From Actinomycetota bacterium (GTDB taxonomy: Bacteria; Actinomycetota; Acidimicrobiia; IMCC26256; BP-133), in the NCBI GenBank assembly GCA_040756995.1, contig JBFLYK010000036.1, forward strand, positions 192 through 64,191: DNA of 64,000 nt. The letters run 5' to 3'. The notes under the pieces are model-generated. The model saw only the letters and a list, made by a program, of their open reading frames with translations. It was not told the origin of the DNA and did no database searches. The stretch's first letter is position 1, and the number at the start of each line of letters is the position of its first letter. A program made the translations under genes and the position numbers. This document shows, in pieces, positions 1-9,009 of this stretch.

Positions 1-2
1 GA

Positions 3-1517
3 GACATCCTGCGGTTGGCTGTCGGCCAGGGGCTGTCCTGCCGCCAGGTAGGCGCCGCCTTGGGGATCCCGTTCACCACGGTGGGCGACCATCTGCGCCG
101 GGCCCAGGCGGCGGGGCTGGGATGGCCGTTGCCGGAGGGCCTGGACGACGCGGCCCTGGAGGCGTTGCTGTTCCGCAAGGAGCCGGCGCCGCCGACGGCG
201 GCCCGGCCGGTTCCCGATTGGCACTACATCCACAAGGAGCTGCGCCGCCCGGCGGTGACGCTCATGCTGTTGTGGTTGGAGTACAAGGAGTGCCACCCGG
301 ACGACGGCTACTCCTACAGCCAGTTCTGCCACCACTACCGGGCCTGGCAGGGTCACCTGGACCTGGTCATGCGCCAGGAGCACCGGGCCGGAGAGAAACT
401 CTTCGTCGACTTCCCGGGCCAGCGGCTGCCGATCTACGACCGGCGCACCAACGCGGTGGCGCTGGAAGCGGAGCTGTTCGTGGCCGTGCTGGGGGCGTCG
501 AACTACCTCTACGCCGAAGCGGTCCCATCGCAGGAGCTGGCCCACTGGATCGGCGCCCACGTGCACGCCTTCGAGTACCTGGGGTCGGTGCCGAAGATCG
601 TGGTCTGCGACAACCTCCGCGCCGGGGTGAAGCAGGCGCACCGCTACGAGCCGGACATCAACGCCACCTACTCTGAGATGGCCGCCCATTATGGAGTGGC
701 GATTATCCCGGCTCGGGCCGGAAAGCCCAGGGACAAGGCCAAGGTCGAAGCCGGTGTTTTGCTGGCCGAGCGGTGGATCTTGGCTCGGCTGCGCAACCGG
801 CGGTTCTACTCGCTGGCCGAGGCCAACGCCGTGATCGCCGAGTTGGTGGAGGCGATCAACGACCGGCCGTTCCGCAAGATGCCCGGCTCGAGGCGCAGTC
901 TGTTCGAGGAGCTGGAACGGCCGGTGATGCGGCCGCTGCCCGTTCAGCGCTATGAGTTCGCCCGCTGGCGGCTTGGGGTCAAGGTCAACATCGACTACCA
1001 CGTCGAGGTTGACGGCCATTACTACAGCGTTCCCTACCAGCTCGTCGGCCAGCGGGTCGATGCCCGCTTCACCGCCTCGACGGTCGAGATCTTCCACTCC
1101 GCCCGGCGGGTGGCGTCGCATCTGCGCAGCTACGCCCGGGGCCGGCACAGCACCGATCCGGCCCACATGCCCGTCGCTCATCGCCGTCACGCCGAGTGGA
1201 GCCCGTCGCGGATCATCGGTTGGGCGAGGCGGACCGGCCCGGCCACGGCCGGGTTGGCCGAGGCGATCCTCGAAGCGCGGCCTCATCCCGAGCAGGGCTA
1301 TCGGTCCTGCCTGGGCATCATCCGCCTCGCCGACCGTTACGGCGCCGAGCGGGTCGAGGCGGCCTGCCGCCGAGCGCTGGCCGCTCGGGCGTTGTCCTAC
1401 CGCAGCGTGGAGTCGATTCTCCGCCACGGCCTCGACTCCCAGCCCCTCTCCGATGGTCGGCCGGTCCGGGTCCATCCCCGCCACGCCAATCTCCGCGGCG
1501 CGTCCTACTACCGATGA
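3..1517 (+). CDS. istA: IS21-family transposase IstA (5' partial)
   Basis: N-terminal HTH (GLSCRQVGAALGIPFTTVGDHL, AAGLGWPLP) followed by an integrase-like DDE core typical of IstA. The frame is open to base 3 (DILRLAVGQ...). The M listed at 15 is therefore an internal TTG and the true start lies upstream of the window. Confidence 0.9.
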   Translation, partial: DILRLAVGQGLSCRQVGAALGIPFTTVGDHLRRAQAAGLGWPLPEGLDDAALEALLFRKEPAPPTAARPVPDWHYIHKELRRPAVTLMLLWLEYKECHPDDGYSYSQFCHHYRAWQGHLDLVMRQEHRAGEKLFVDFPGQRLPIYDRRTNAVALEAELFVAVLGASNYLYAEAVPSQELAHWIGAHVHAFEYLGSVPKIVVCDNLRAGVKQAHRYEPDINATYSEMAAHYGVAIIPARAGKPRDKAKVEAGVLLAERWILARLRNRRFYSLAEANAVIAELVEAINDRPFRKMPGSRRSLFEELERPVMRPLPVQRYEFARWRLGVKVNIDYHVEVDGHYYSVPYQLVGQRVDARFTASTVEIFHSARRVASHLRSYARGRHSTDPAHMPVAHRRHAEWSPSRIIGWARRTGPATAGLAEAILEARPHPEQGYRSCLGIIRLADRYGAERVEAACRRALAARALSYRSVESILRHGLDSQPLSDGRPVRVHPRHANLRGASYYR

Positions 1518-2326
1518 AGGGAGAGCCCGTGCTCACCAACACCACCCTCGACGGCCTGCACACCCTCAGGCTGCCCGGCATGGCCCGGGGCCTGACCGAA
1601 CAGCGCGAGCATCCCGACTACGACGCCCTCAGCTTCGAGGAACGCCTCGGCATGCTTGTCGACCGGGAACTCACTGAGCGGCAGAACCGCCGGCTGGACC
1701 GGATGCTCAAAGCTGCCCGGCTCCGGGTCGCCGCCACCATCGAAGGCGTCGACTTCACCCGGCCCCGGGGACTGGAACGGGCCCAGGTCCTCTCCCTGGC
1801 CGAATCGCACTGGGTCGGCTCCCACCACTGCATCGTGATCGTCGGGGCCACAGGGCTGGGCAAGACCTACCTCGGCTGCGCCCTGGCCAACGCTGCCATC
1901 CGACGAGGCCACTCCGCCCTCTACCTGCGCGGCCCCCGCCTCCACGACGAGATCGGCCTCGCCCGGGCCGAGGGACGACTCAGCCGGCTCATGATGGCCT
2001 GGGCCCGCACCGACGTCCTGCTCCTCGACGACTTCCTGCTCAGGCCGCTGTCCCCCGACCAAGCCGCCGACATCCTCGAGGTCATCGAGGACCGGGTCGG
2101 GCTGCGCTCCACCATCGTCACCAGCCAGCTCCCCGTCGCCATGTGGCACGAAGCCCTCGGCGAACCAACCGTCGCCGACGGGATCCTCGACCGCCTCCTG
2201 GAGAACGCTCACCGCATCGAGCTGCGCGGCGAGTCGATGCGCCGCGGCAGTCGTTCTTCCACTCCGGCCAGCGAGCCCGCCGCCGCCGACACCCCAGCAC
2301 CGTCCCGCCCTCGCCGGCGAACATGA
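1514..2326 (+). CDS. istB: IS21-family helper ATPase IstB
   Basis: Walker A GATGLGKTYLGCAL and Walker B VLLLDDF, with a DnaA/IstB-like AAA+ layout. ATG 1514 overlaps the istA stop. The longer ORF from 1196 is an out-of-frame extension inside istA. Confidence 0.9.
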   Translation: MKGEPVLTNTTLDGLHTLRLPGMARGLTEQREHPDYDALSFEERLGMLVDRELTERQNRRLDRMLKAARLRVAATIEGVDFTRPRGLERAQVLSLAESHWVGSHHCIVIVGATGLGKTYLGCALANAAIRRGHSALYLRGPRLHDEIGLARAEGRLSRLMMAWARTDVLLLDDFLLRPLSPDQAADILEVIEDRVGLRSTIVTSQLPVAMWHEALGEPTVADGILDRLLENAHRIELRGESMRRGSRSSTPASEPAAADTPAPSRPRRRT

Positions 2327-2455
2327 TCACCACCATGGCAAACTGCCCGCCCGACGACGCGAAGGAGGTGACCGTCAGGGGCTAACCCCGAACTCAGCGT
2401 CGGCCGCTACACGGCCTCCGACACCCGTGTACGAAAACGCCGGGCTGAGTGTACG

Positions 2456-3021
2456 GAATCACCGGAATGCGCAGCGTTGCCCGGCCGGAGCTTCCCGGCC
2501 AAGGCCTCTCCGGTGGCGTCGAGATAGACCAGCAGCGGGTGGAACCCGAACCCCCGCTTGTAGGTCGGCGCCGCTCCTTCCTTCTCCGAGTGAGAGGTCA
2601 CCAGGGTCCCGTCGAAATCGAGGACGTAGAACCCCGGGTCCATCCCCGCTGCCCACGCCGCCGCCCGTGCCTGGGCCCGAGCCCGCCCGATGGCAGCCAG
2701 GACAGCCTCATCGATGGCCGCCAGGGTCCGCCACGCCGTCGGCGTCGAGGCCACCTCGCCGAACAGGGCCGGCTGGTTCCGCAGCGTGCGCAGGTCGGAG
2801 ATCGTTTGGCCGTCGTCGGCCAGCATGACGGCCAGATCGACCAGGACCCCGCCGCGGTCGTGGCCCCGACGGCGCTGCTTCGTCCCCGCCATCGCCGTCG
2901 ACAACCCGTCGGCCAGCCCACTCGCCTCCGCCAGGTCGCACAGCAACCGGGCCCCTGCGTGGTTCACGACACCCCGCCCACCAGTGGTCACCCGGAGCCG
3001 GGGACGAACCCGATTACGCTT
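2456..3021 (-). pseudogene. IS1380-family transposase, N-terminal half only (3' truncated by IS21, separated from its start codon by a group II intron)
   Basis: KRNRVRPRLRVTTGGRGVVNHAGARLLCDLAEASGL...HSEKEGAAPTYKRGFGFHPLLVYLDATGEALAGKLRPGNA matches the conserved IS1380 transposase N-terminus as I recall it. Similarity is lost after RPGNA (~2473). The C-terminal catalytic half is absent. Confidence 0.75.
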
Positions 3022-3062
3022 GTCGGGTAGCGGGAGCGCATTGCTGCGCCCCCGCCCCCTCA

Positions 3063-3097
3063 GAACCGGACGTGCGAGTTTCCCCGCATCACGGCTC
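3063..3097 (-). ncRNA. Group II intron 1 domain V
   Basis: The minus strand reads GAGCCGTGATGCGGGGAAACTCGCACGTCCGGTTC. This is a near-consensus domain V helix (GAGCCGU...ACGGUUC) that overlaps the RT stop codon. Confidence 0.85.
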
Positions 3098-4885
3098 AAG
3101 CAAGCCCTGTTGGCGTTGAGGCACTGTGGGTTCTGGCCGGGTTCGGAACGCGTCGCGCTGGCAGCGGGCGTGGACAAGACGGAGCTGGTCGTCGTCCGGC
3201 GTGGAGTGGGCCTCCCGGGAACCGTTGCCGTGCTTCTTGAGCGTCTTCCGGGTGGTGCGCAGCCACCGTTCCCATTCGTCGGGGTTGCGGGGCGGCTCGG
3301 CGGGGAGCAGGTGGTCCCCACAGGCTGGGCAGCGTCCGTCCTGGGCCTTGAGCAGGTCGAGGGTCGGTCGGTCCAGCGGAAGCGGGGTTTGCTTGCTTCG
3401 CCGTTTGTCCCAGTAGTGGGCAAGGGCGGGATCGTCGGGGGACGAGGTACCCACAATCATTTGGTGCCGGACGATCTTCGTCCAGACGAGCCGGAATAGG
3501 TAGGCGCCGCTGTGGCGGTCACCGAAGACCCATCGGTCGGCTCGGGACGTGTTGAACCGGCCGAAGTACCGGGCGACAACCCAGGCCTTCGACTTGTTCG
3601 GGTGCGCGCGGAGCGCCCACCGGTAGGTGAGTTTCCACAGGTGGTCATCGACGGAGAACACCTCTTTGGACACTCCGCTCCGGTAGTAGGTGGCCCATCC
3701 CCGCACGATCGGATTGATCTTGCGGATTACCGCGATGGCGTTGGCGCCCCGAAGGGCTCGCATCTCGGTGGTGAGCCGCTGCCGGATCCGTTCTATGGCC
3801 TGCTCGCTGGGTTTGATCAGCAACTTGCCGTTGCGGTAGCGGCGGACGTTGAACCCCAAGAAATCGAACCCCTCGGTGAGGTGGACGATCCTGGTCTTGT
3901 CCTCGTTGAAGACAAGACCGCGGGGTGCCAGCCACTCGGCAAGCCTCGCCTTGACCTGTTCCGTCTGCTCACGGCTGTGGCAGATGGCTACAAGATCATC
4001 GGCGTATCTCACCAGCACCGGGGAACCCGACACCGTCTGCGCGGCATCGTTGCCGAGCTTGTGATAGCGGACTCCGGCGGCCTCCTCGAGCCCATGGAGC
4101 GCGATGTTCATCAACAGGGGGCTGACCACCCCGCCTTGAGGAGTTCCCTCCTCGGTCGGGGTGAACCAGTCCCGCTCGACCACGCCCGCCTTCAGCCACT
4201 GCCGAATCAGCCCCTGGGCAGGGAACCCATCCAGCTGGCCGAGAAGACGTTGGTGGTCGATGCGATCGAACGCCGCTTTCAAGTCGGCGTCGAGGATCCA
4301 CTGGCGTCTGATGTGCTTGCCGTTCAACGTCCAGTAGATGGCCTCGATCGCGTCATGACAGCTCCGCCCCGGCCGGAACCCATAGGACCTGGGTTCGAAC
4401 CGAGCCTCCCACTCGGGTTCCAACGCGTTCTTCACCCGGGCCTGTTGCACCCGGTCCACGATCACGGGAATGCCGAGCGGGCGCTGTTTCCCATTGGCCT
4501 TCGGTATGTACACCCGCTTGACCGGCAGAGGCTGCCAGGTGGCCAGCGTCCGGTGCACCCGGTTCGCCAGATCAGCCCTGGCCCGAGAGGTCAGCACGAC
4601 CTCCCCGTCCACCCCCGCCGTCGTGCGGCCCACGTTGTGCTGCGTCACCTGGCGCACGCTCATGAGCGTGTTGGACCAGCTGCGCAGCATCAGCTTCTGC
4701 AGACTCCGAACCTGCTTGAACTCTCCTGCCTGCGTCGCCTTGAAGATCCTCTGCCGCAACCGCCGTACCTGCTCCTCATGGAATCGCCAGTCAACCGCGT
4801 CCCAGTCGAGAGAGCCGTCCTCCGGTCCGTTCACTCGGGAGATGGCGACGGCCAGCGCCGCCGCGTGTTCCGTCATCGTGTCCAA
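3089..4885 (-). CDS. Group II intron reverse transcriptase/maturase with C-terminal HNH endonuclease domain
   Basis: RT blocks PLGIPVIVDRVQQ, GTPQGGVVSPLLMNIAL and YADDLV. Maturase X block RGWATYYR. C-terminal CPACGDH...RLVHARCQ is an HNH-like En domain. Confidence 0.92.
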   Translation of the reverse strand: MDTMTEHAAALAVAISRVNGPEDGSLDWDAVDWRFHEEQVRRLRQRIFKATQAGEFKQVRSLQKLMLRSWSNTLMSVRQVTQHNVGRTTAGVDGEVVLTSRARADLANRVHRTLATWQPLPVKRVYIPKANGKQRPLGIPVIVDRVQQARVKNALEPEWEARFEPRSYGFRPGRSCHDAIEAIYWTLNGKHIRRQWILDADLKAAFDRIDHQRLLGQLDGFPAQGLIRQWLKAGVVERDWFTPTEEGTPQGGVVSPLLMNIALHGLEEAAGVRYHKLGNDAAQTVSGSPVLVRYADDLVAICHSREQTEQVKARLAEWLAPRGLVFNEDKTRIVHLTEGFDFLGFNVRRYRNGKLLIKPSEQAIERIRQRLTTEMRALRGANAIAVIRKINPIVRGWATYYRSGVSKEVFSVDDHLWKLTYRWALRAHPNKSKAWVVARYFGRFNTSRADRWVFGDRHSGAYLFRLVWTKIVRHQMIVGTSSPDDPALAHYWDKRRSKQTPLPLDRPTLDLLKAQDGRCPACGDHLLPAEPPRNPDEWERWLRTTRKTLKKHGNGSREAHSTPDDDQLRLVHARCQRDAFRTRPEPTVPQRQQGLLEP

Positions 4886-5549
4886 CTTGTCCTTCGGTTC
4901 CAGAGGTTTTGGCTGATCATCCTCAAAGACTCACCCGACCCACGTCAGCCCCCTTGTCGGGTCCGGGCATCCACCCGGTATCCGGCCAGTTATCCGGGAG
5001 ATCGGTGGAGACCGATCGTGACCCCCGGGTTCCTGTCGCCTTTCGGCGTGCCGGCATTCGCTTCTTAGGCCGTCCTGTTCCCGCCGGGGAGTTCGGCTTC
5101 CCTTACGGTCGGCTTACCGGGCCCGTTGCCGCGCCCGGACCCCGACGGGGTTCCCACGTTCCGCATGCGCAGGACGCGACCGGGGAGGGTGCCCTCTATA
5201 CCCCGGGACGGCGGTGTTCCCACGGCTGGCGAGGTGCCACCAGCCGCCGCCTGCCGCTTCTCAGCGGCCAGTCCTGCACCCCGGTACAACACCCATCCTC
5301 CGGGGCTCACTTTGACGAGGCGTCATCGAGGGTTCACTTGCGTTCACCCGTCCGGTCTTCCCCTCGCCTGTGACCCCCGGATGGCACGGGCGTCCTTGGG
5401 CTTGAACCCTGAGCTTCACACCCCACCGTCACCAGCGGCGCATGTCAGAGCGGGGACAGGCGCTGAACACTCGCCCGGGGCTACGTCATCGTCATCACCG
5501 ACCCTCCACCTGACGCAGCCCACTTGTCACAAGCGACCTCGTGTCGCAC

Positions 5550-5720
5550 CACCTCGGAAGTGCCCTCCTGTTCCGGGCGACTGCTGCCTTCGACAAGCGC
5601 AGTTTCCCTTTCCAGGAGGGCTCTTTCGCGGCCCCGACCCCCCCACCCGGGGAGGCTTACCGAAAAGCCAGGGCTAAGCCCCGAGGCAGAACTTGTGCGC
5701 ACGACTTGGCCCCGACGAGA
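5550..5720 (-). mobile_element. Probable 5' segment of the IS1380-family element (leader, SD and GTG start); extent uncertain
   Basis: The exon upstream of intron 1 ends ...AGGAGGGCACTTCCGAGGTG. Joined to exon 2 (AAGCGTAAT...) the GTG at 5552-5550 is in frame and gives (M)KRNRVRPRLRVTTGG, a normal-length IS1380 N-terminus preceded by AGGAGG. Confidence 0.4.
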
Positions 5721-5965
5721 GGCCGACTCGGGTGACCGCCAGGGCGGGTGGCCGAGGGGAACGCGTCGTCGATGTCGTCGGCGTGCCGGTCGTCGTGGTG
5801 GTGGGCGGTGCCGTCGTCGTGGTGACGACTGGAGCCGCCGCCGTCGTGGTGGTCGACCCAGGGGTCGGCGCGTGGGCGTTGTGACGGTCGGCGGCTCGGT
5901 ACGCCGGCTTCTCACGGTCAAGGCCGACTCCTCGGGATTCCGCCACAGCACCACAGGAACACCGA
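5721..5965. repeat. 245-bp dispersed repeat, copy 1 (partner at 52847-53092, same orientation)
   Basis: By-eye alignment with copy 2 shows high identity with one small indel. The core is triplet-periodic (GTCGTCGTGGTGGTG...). Its high-coordinate end abuts a 5'-truncated SDR remnant. Confidence 0.8.
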
Positions 5966-5999
5966 TGGGCCATCGCCATGGTGGTTATCAGGGCCACGG

Positions 6000-6386
6000 C
6001 GCGACGGGCCGGGGCGACCCTGGGCGGGCACGGTTCGAACGAGACCATTCGTCATCAACACGGCATCGGTCGCGGGATGACGGCCTCGCCCAACGCCGCT
6101 CCCTACGGCCTGAGCAAAGCGGCCGTGATCCACCTCACGAAAATTGCTGCCGTCGAATACGCCGGCGGGGGATCGGATCAACTGCGCCCGCGCGAGTGTC
6201 TTCCGCTCGAACACGCACCGAGACCTTCCGGAAGAGCTGATGCAACGGCTCGGCGACCGGCGTCCACCCGGCTTCGGCACTGCCGACAACACCGCTGGAG
6301 CCTTCGTCTACCTCGCATCGGGCGACGCTTGCTGGGTCAGAGGCTCAGCCATCGTCGTCGAAGGTCGTTGCAGCACGCCTCAGTGA
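6000..6386 (+). pseudogene. SDR oxidoreductase C-terminal fragment, frameshifted (paralogue of the SDR at 41006-41752)
   Basis: Pieces [10 protein letters not shown] / ASPNAAPYGLSKAAVIHLTKIAAVEYAG / RINCARASVFRSNTHRDLPEEL...GAFVYLASGDACWVRGSAIVVEG lie in at least 2-3 different frames. They parallel [45 protein letters not shown]...FIYLASSDSRWTTGSALIVDGG. The N-terminal Rossmann part is absent. Confidence 0.75.
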
Positions 6387-6447
6387 GCTAGGCCAAGATT
6401 CACGCGCCAGCCGTACCCCAGGCGGTGCCGGGAACGCTCAAGACTCG

Positions 6448-7209
6448 GTGACGTACAAGGAGAGTGTGAAGTTGGGAAACGTTTCCTTCGATTTCAGGGG
6501 CTCGACGATCATCGTGACAGGGGCGGCGCGGGGCATAGGACTCGAACTCAGTCGCATGTTCCGCAACGCCGGCGGGCACGTCGTCCTTGTCGACCTCGAT
6601 GCCGACGCGCTGGCCAAAGCGGCGGCCGACGTCGGCGCAGAAGCCGTAGTCGCCGACGTGAGCCACACCACCGATGTGGTTGAAGTCGTCAGCCGTGCCG
6701 CCGCCGAAACGGGCCGCATCGACGTTCTCATCAACAATGCCGGTTTGCTCCGGGACAACGTCCTCTGGAAGTTGACCGACGAGGACTGGGACCAGGTCCT
6801 CGCCGTCCACGCCGGCGGAACGTTTCGCCTGACCCGGGCGTGCGTGCCCTACTTCCGGGCACAACAGTACGGCCGAGTGATCAATGTCACCTCGTACACG
6901 GGCCTGCACGGCAACACCGGGCAGTCGAACTATGCGACCGCGAAGGCAGGAATTATCGGGTTCACGAAGACGGCGGCTAAGGAACTGGCTCGCTTCGGTG
7001 TCACCGTCAACGCCATCTCGCCCAATGCGGAAACGCGAATGGTCGCATCGATACCGGACGACAAGCGGGCGGAATTCGCCGCCGTCATCCCGATGGGCCG
7101 TTTCGGGGACCCAGCCGAGATGGCGGCTGCCGTCGGCTTCCTCGCTTCTGAGGAAGCCGGATTCATCACCGGAGTGGTGCTGCCCGTCGATGGAGGTCTA
7201 TCGATGTGA
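6448..7209 (+). CDS. SDR family oxidoreductase (FabG-like 3-oxoacyl reductase type)
   Basis: TGAARGIGLEL cofactor loop, NNAG motif, and catalytic S...YATAKAG (YxxxK). Confidence 0.9.
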   Translation: MTYKESVKLGNVSFDFRGSTIIVTGAARGIGLELSRMFRNAGGHVVLVDLDADALAKAAADVGAEAVVADVSHTTDVVEVVSRAAAETGRIDVLINNAGLLRDNVLWKLTDEDWDQVLAVHAGGTFRLTRACVPYFRAQQYGRVINVTSYTGLHGNTGQSNYATAKAGIIGFTKTAAKELARFGVTVNAISPNAETRMVASIPDDKRAEFAAVIPMGRFGDPAEMAAAVGFLASEEAGFITGVVLPVDGGLSM

Positions 7210-7297
7210 CGTCTCGAGCACGACTCCTTGACGCAGCGCAAGATCGTGAGCCCTTGCGGACAAAGGCCACTGCTCGGAGGTGGTGGGCTGCATCGCC

Positions 7298-7390
7298 TCA
7301 GGCGAACCGCGCCCGGGTGTAGGCCTCGAGCGGTGTCAACGGATCGGGCACCGAACTCGCCCCCCGGCCCGGCACTCGCTGCCCGGTTAG
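7298..7390 (-). pseudogene. IS21-type istA-like remnant, downstream piece (continues 11221-11333)
   Basis: The minus strand reads LTGQRVPGRGASSVPDPLTPLEAYTRARFA*. It continues the HTH piece at 11221-11333 exactly once the intervening IS is removed (RPYL|TGQRVPG). Confidence 0.6.
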
Positions 7391-7473
7391 TTACTTCGAA
7401 CTGAAATAGTCCGTCACGAAGTAGGCGCTGACCAGCGGTGACGGTGTTGGAGGGTGCTCGCGTTCGGCCCTGA

Positions 7474-9009
7474 ATGTTGCGACGATGGCCTCGTCTCCCT
7501 GCGCCACAAGGAGTCGAGGCCATCGTGCTTGTGACCATAAACCCGAACCGGACCCTGTGGGAAGCATTGCTGCCAGCCGAGTGCCTGGAGATGACGGCGG
7601 AGCTGGTGGCGGTGGATCGGCTGCTCGACGACCCGGTGTTCTTCGAGCCGTATCGCATGTTCTTCGATCCGATCTGGGGCCGGCCGAGCATCCTCGTCGA
7701 GACGTACTTGCGGCTGATGTTCTTGAAGTCCCGTCACGGTCTGTCGTTCGAGGCGGTGGTGCGGGAGGCGGCGGACTCGTTGTCGTGGCGGCGGTTCTGC
7801 CGGGTGCCGCTGGGCGAGAAGATGCCGCACCCGACGACGTTGATGAAGACGACCAAGCGCTGCGGGGAGTCCACGGTCGAGGCGCTGAACGAAGCGTTGC
7901 TGGCCAAGGCCCACGCCGCCAAGGTGATCAAGACCGACCGGGTGCGGGCCGACACGACGGTGGTCGAGGCCAACGTGGCCTACCCGACCGATTCCGGTCT
8001 GTTGGCCAAGGGCGTGGACCGGATGGTGCGCCTGACCCGCACGCTGCATGACTTGGGCCTGGCTACCCGCACCAAGCTGCGAGATCGGACCCGGTCCATG
8101 CGCCGGCGGGCGCACGCCATCGGGGCGTGGCTGCGGCGCCGCAGCGACGACGCCCGGGACGAGGTCTATGCCATCACCGGCGAGATGGTCACCATCGCCG
8201 AGGCCGCCGCCACCGAGGCCCGGCTGGTGGCCCGCAACGCCCGGCGGGGTCTGCGACGAGCCGGTGAGTCGGCCACTGGGAAGGCCATGGCGGCGGTGGT
8301 CGAGCTGGAACGGATCGCCGGCTTGGTCGAGCAGGTCGCCGCCCAGACCCGACGGCGGCTGGCGGGTGGAACACCCGACGGCGCCACCCGGGTGGTCTCC
8401 CTCCATGACCCCGACGCCCGCCCCATCGCCAAGGGCCGCATCGGCAAACCGGTCCAGTTCGGCTACCAGGCCCAGGTCATCGACAACGCCGACGGCGTCG
8501 TCGTGGACTGCACCGTCAACCGAGGTAACCCGCCCGACGGGCCCCAACTGGCCCCGGCCATCGCCCGCCTCAAGGCCCGGTTCGAGAAGGCACCGAGCGT
8601 CGCTGCCGCCGATCGTGGCTATGGCGACGCTAAGGTCGAAACCGACCTCCGCGACCTCGGAGTCAAGACCGTGGCCATCCCTCGCCGAGGCCGCCCTGGT
8701 CCCGCCCGCTGCAAGGTCGAGCGTGCCCGAGGCTTCCGCAAGCTGGTCAAGTGGCGCACGGGCAGCGAAGGCCGGATTTCCCACCTCAAGCGCTGCTACG
8801 GCTGGAACCGCACCTTCATCGACGGCCTCACTGGCGCCCAGACCTGGTGCGGGCTCGGGATCCTGGCCCACAACGCGGTCAAGATCGCCGGGCTCATGAA
8901 CGAACAAGACCAACCGAGCGGTTCCGCGGAACCGCCCCCGATCAGAAAGAGGCCCCCTCGCCGTGTCGGTGCCGACCCACCACCAGCCCCGTCCCTGTCC
9001 ACCCCCTGA
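7474..9009 (+). CDS. DDE transposase, IS5/IS1182-like superfamily
   Basis: InsH-N/DUF772-like segment (GRPSILVETYLRLMFLK...SWRRFC). DDE_Tnp_1-like blocks DTTVVEANVAYPTDSGLL, LHDPDARPIAKG..FGYQAQV, AADRGY and SEGRISHLK. The exact IS family is assigned from memory only. Confidence 0.8.
   Translation: MLRRWPRLPAPQGVEAIVLVTINPNRTLWEALLPAECLEMTAELVAVDRLLDDPVFFEPYRMFFDPIWGRPSILVETYLRLMFLKSRHGLSFEAVVREAADSLSWRRFCRVPLGEKMPHPTTLMKTTKRCGESTVEALNEALLAKAHAAKVIKTDRVRADTTVVEANVAYPTDSGLLAKGVDRMVRLTRTLHDLGLATRTKLRDRTRSMRRRAHAIGAWLRRRSDDARDEVYAITGEMVTIAEAAATEARLVARNARRGLRRAGESATGKAMAAVVELERIAGLVEQVAAQTRRRLAGGTPDGATRVVSLHDPDARPIAKGRIGKPVQFGYQAQVIDNADGVVVDCTVNRGNPPDGPQLAPAIARLKARFEKAPSVAAADRGYGDAKVETDLRDLGVKTVAIPRRGRPGPARCKVERARGFRKLVKWRTGSEGRISHLKRCYGWNRTFIDGLTGAQTWCGLGILAHNAVKIAGLMNEQDQPSGSAEPPPIRKRPPRRVGADPPPAPSLSTP

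Larger units (their letters stand above)
1..2455 (+). mobile_element. IS21-family insertion sequence (left end outside the window, right end approximate)
   Basis: istA/istB pair with an ATGA stop/start overlap at 1514-1517. The ~130 bp after istB carries two direct GTGTACG copies (2427-2433, 2449-2455), as in multi-repeat IS21 termini. IS1380-transposase similarity on the opposite strand stops near 2456-2472. Confidence 0.8.
3022..5549 (-). mobile_element. Group II intron 1 (about 2.5 kb, En+ intron-encoded protein)
   Basis: 5' end GTGCGACAC (rc of 5541-5549). Domain V lies at 3063-3097. Domain VI has a bulged A, and the 3' end is CTACCCGAC (rc of 3022-3030). The RT ORF sits where domain IV is expected. 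The 5' leader resembles intron 2 (GTGCG...TGTGACAAGTGGG vs GTGCG...TATGACGACAAGGAGG). Confidence 0.85.

Noticed and set aside
5690-5700. Alternative 5' end of intron 1 at the GTGCGCAC word near 5693-5700.
   Set aside because: The site at 5549 is followed by a leader collinear with that of intron 2. It also yields an in-frame exon junction with an SD and a GTG start, which the upstream site does not.
5740-5880. The His/Asp-rich frame of the 245-bp repeat as a metal-binding peptide gene, possibly behind a metal riboswitch.
   Set aside because: Both copies have an in-frame TGA just upstream and no ATG/GTG/TTG between it and the His/Asp stretch. I could not match the upstream sequence to any riboswitch consensus I know. 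It is kept only as an unexplained repeat.
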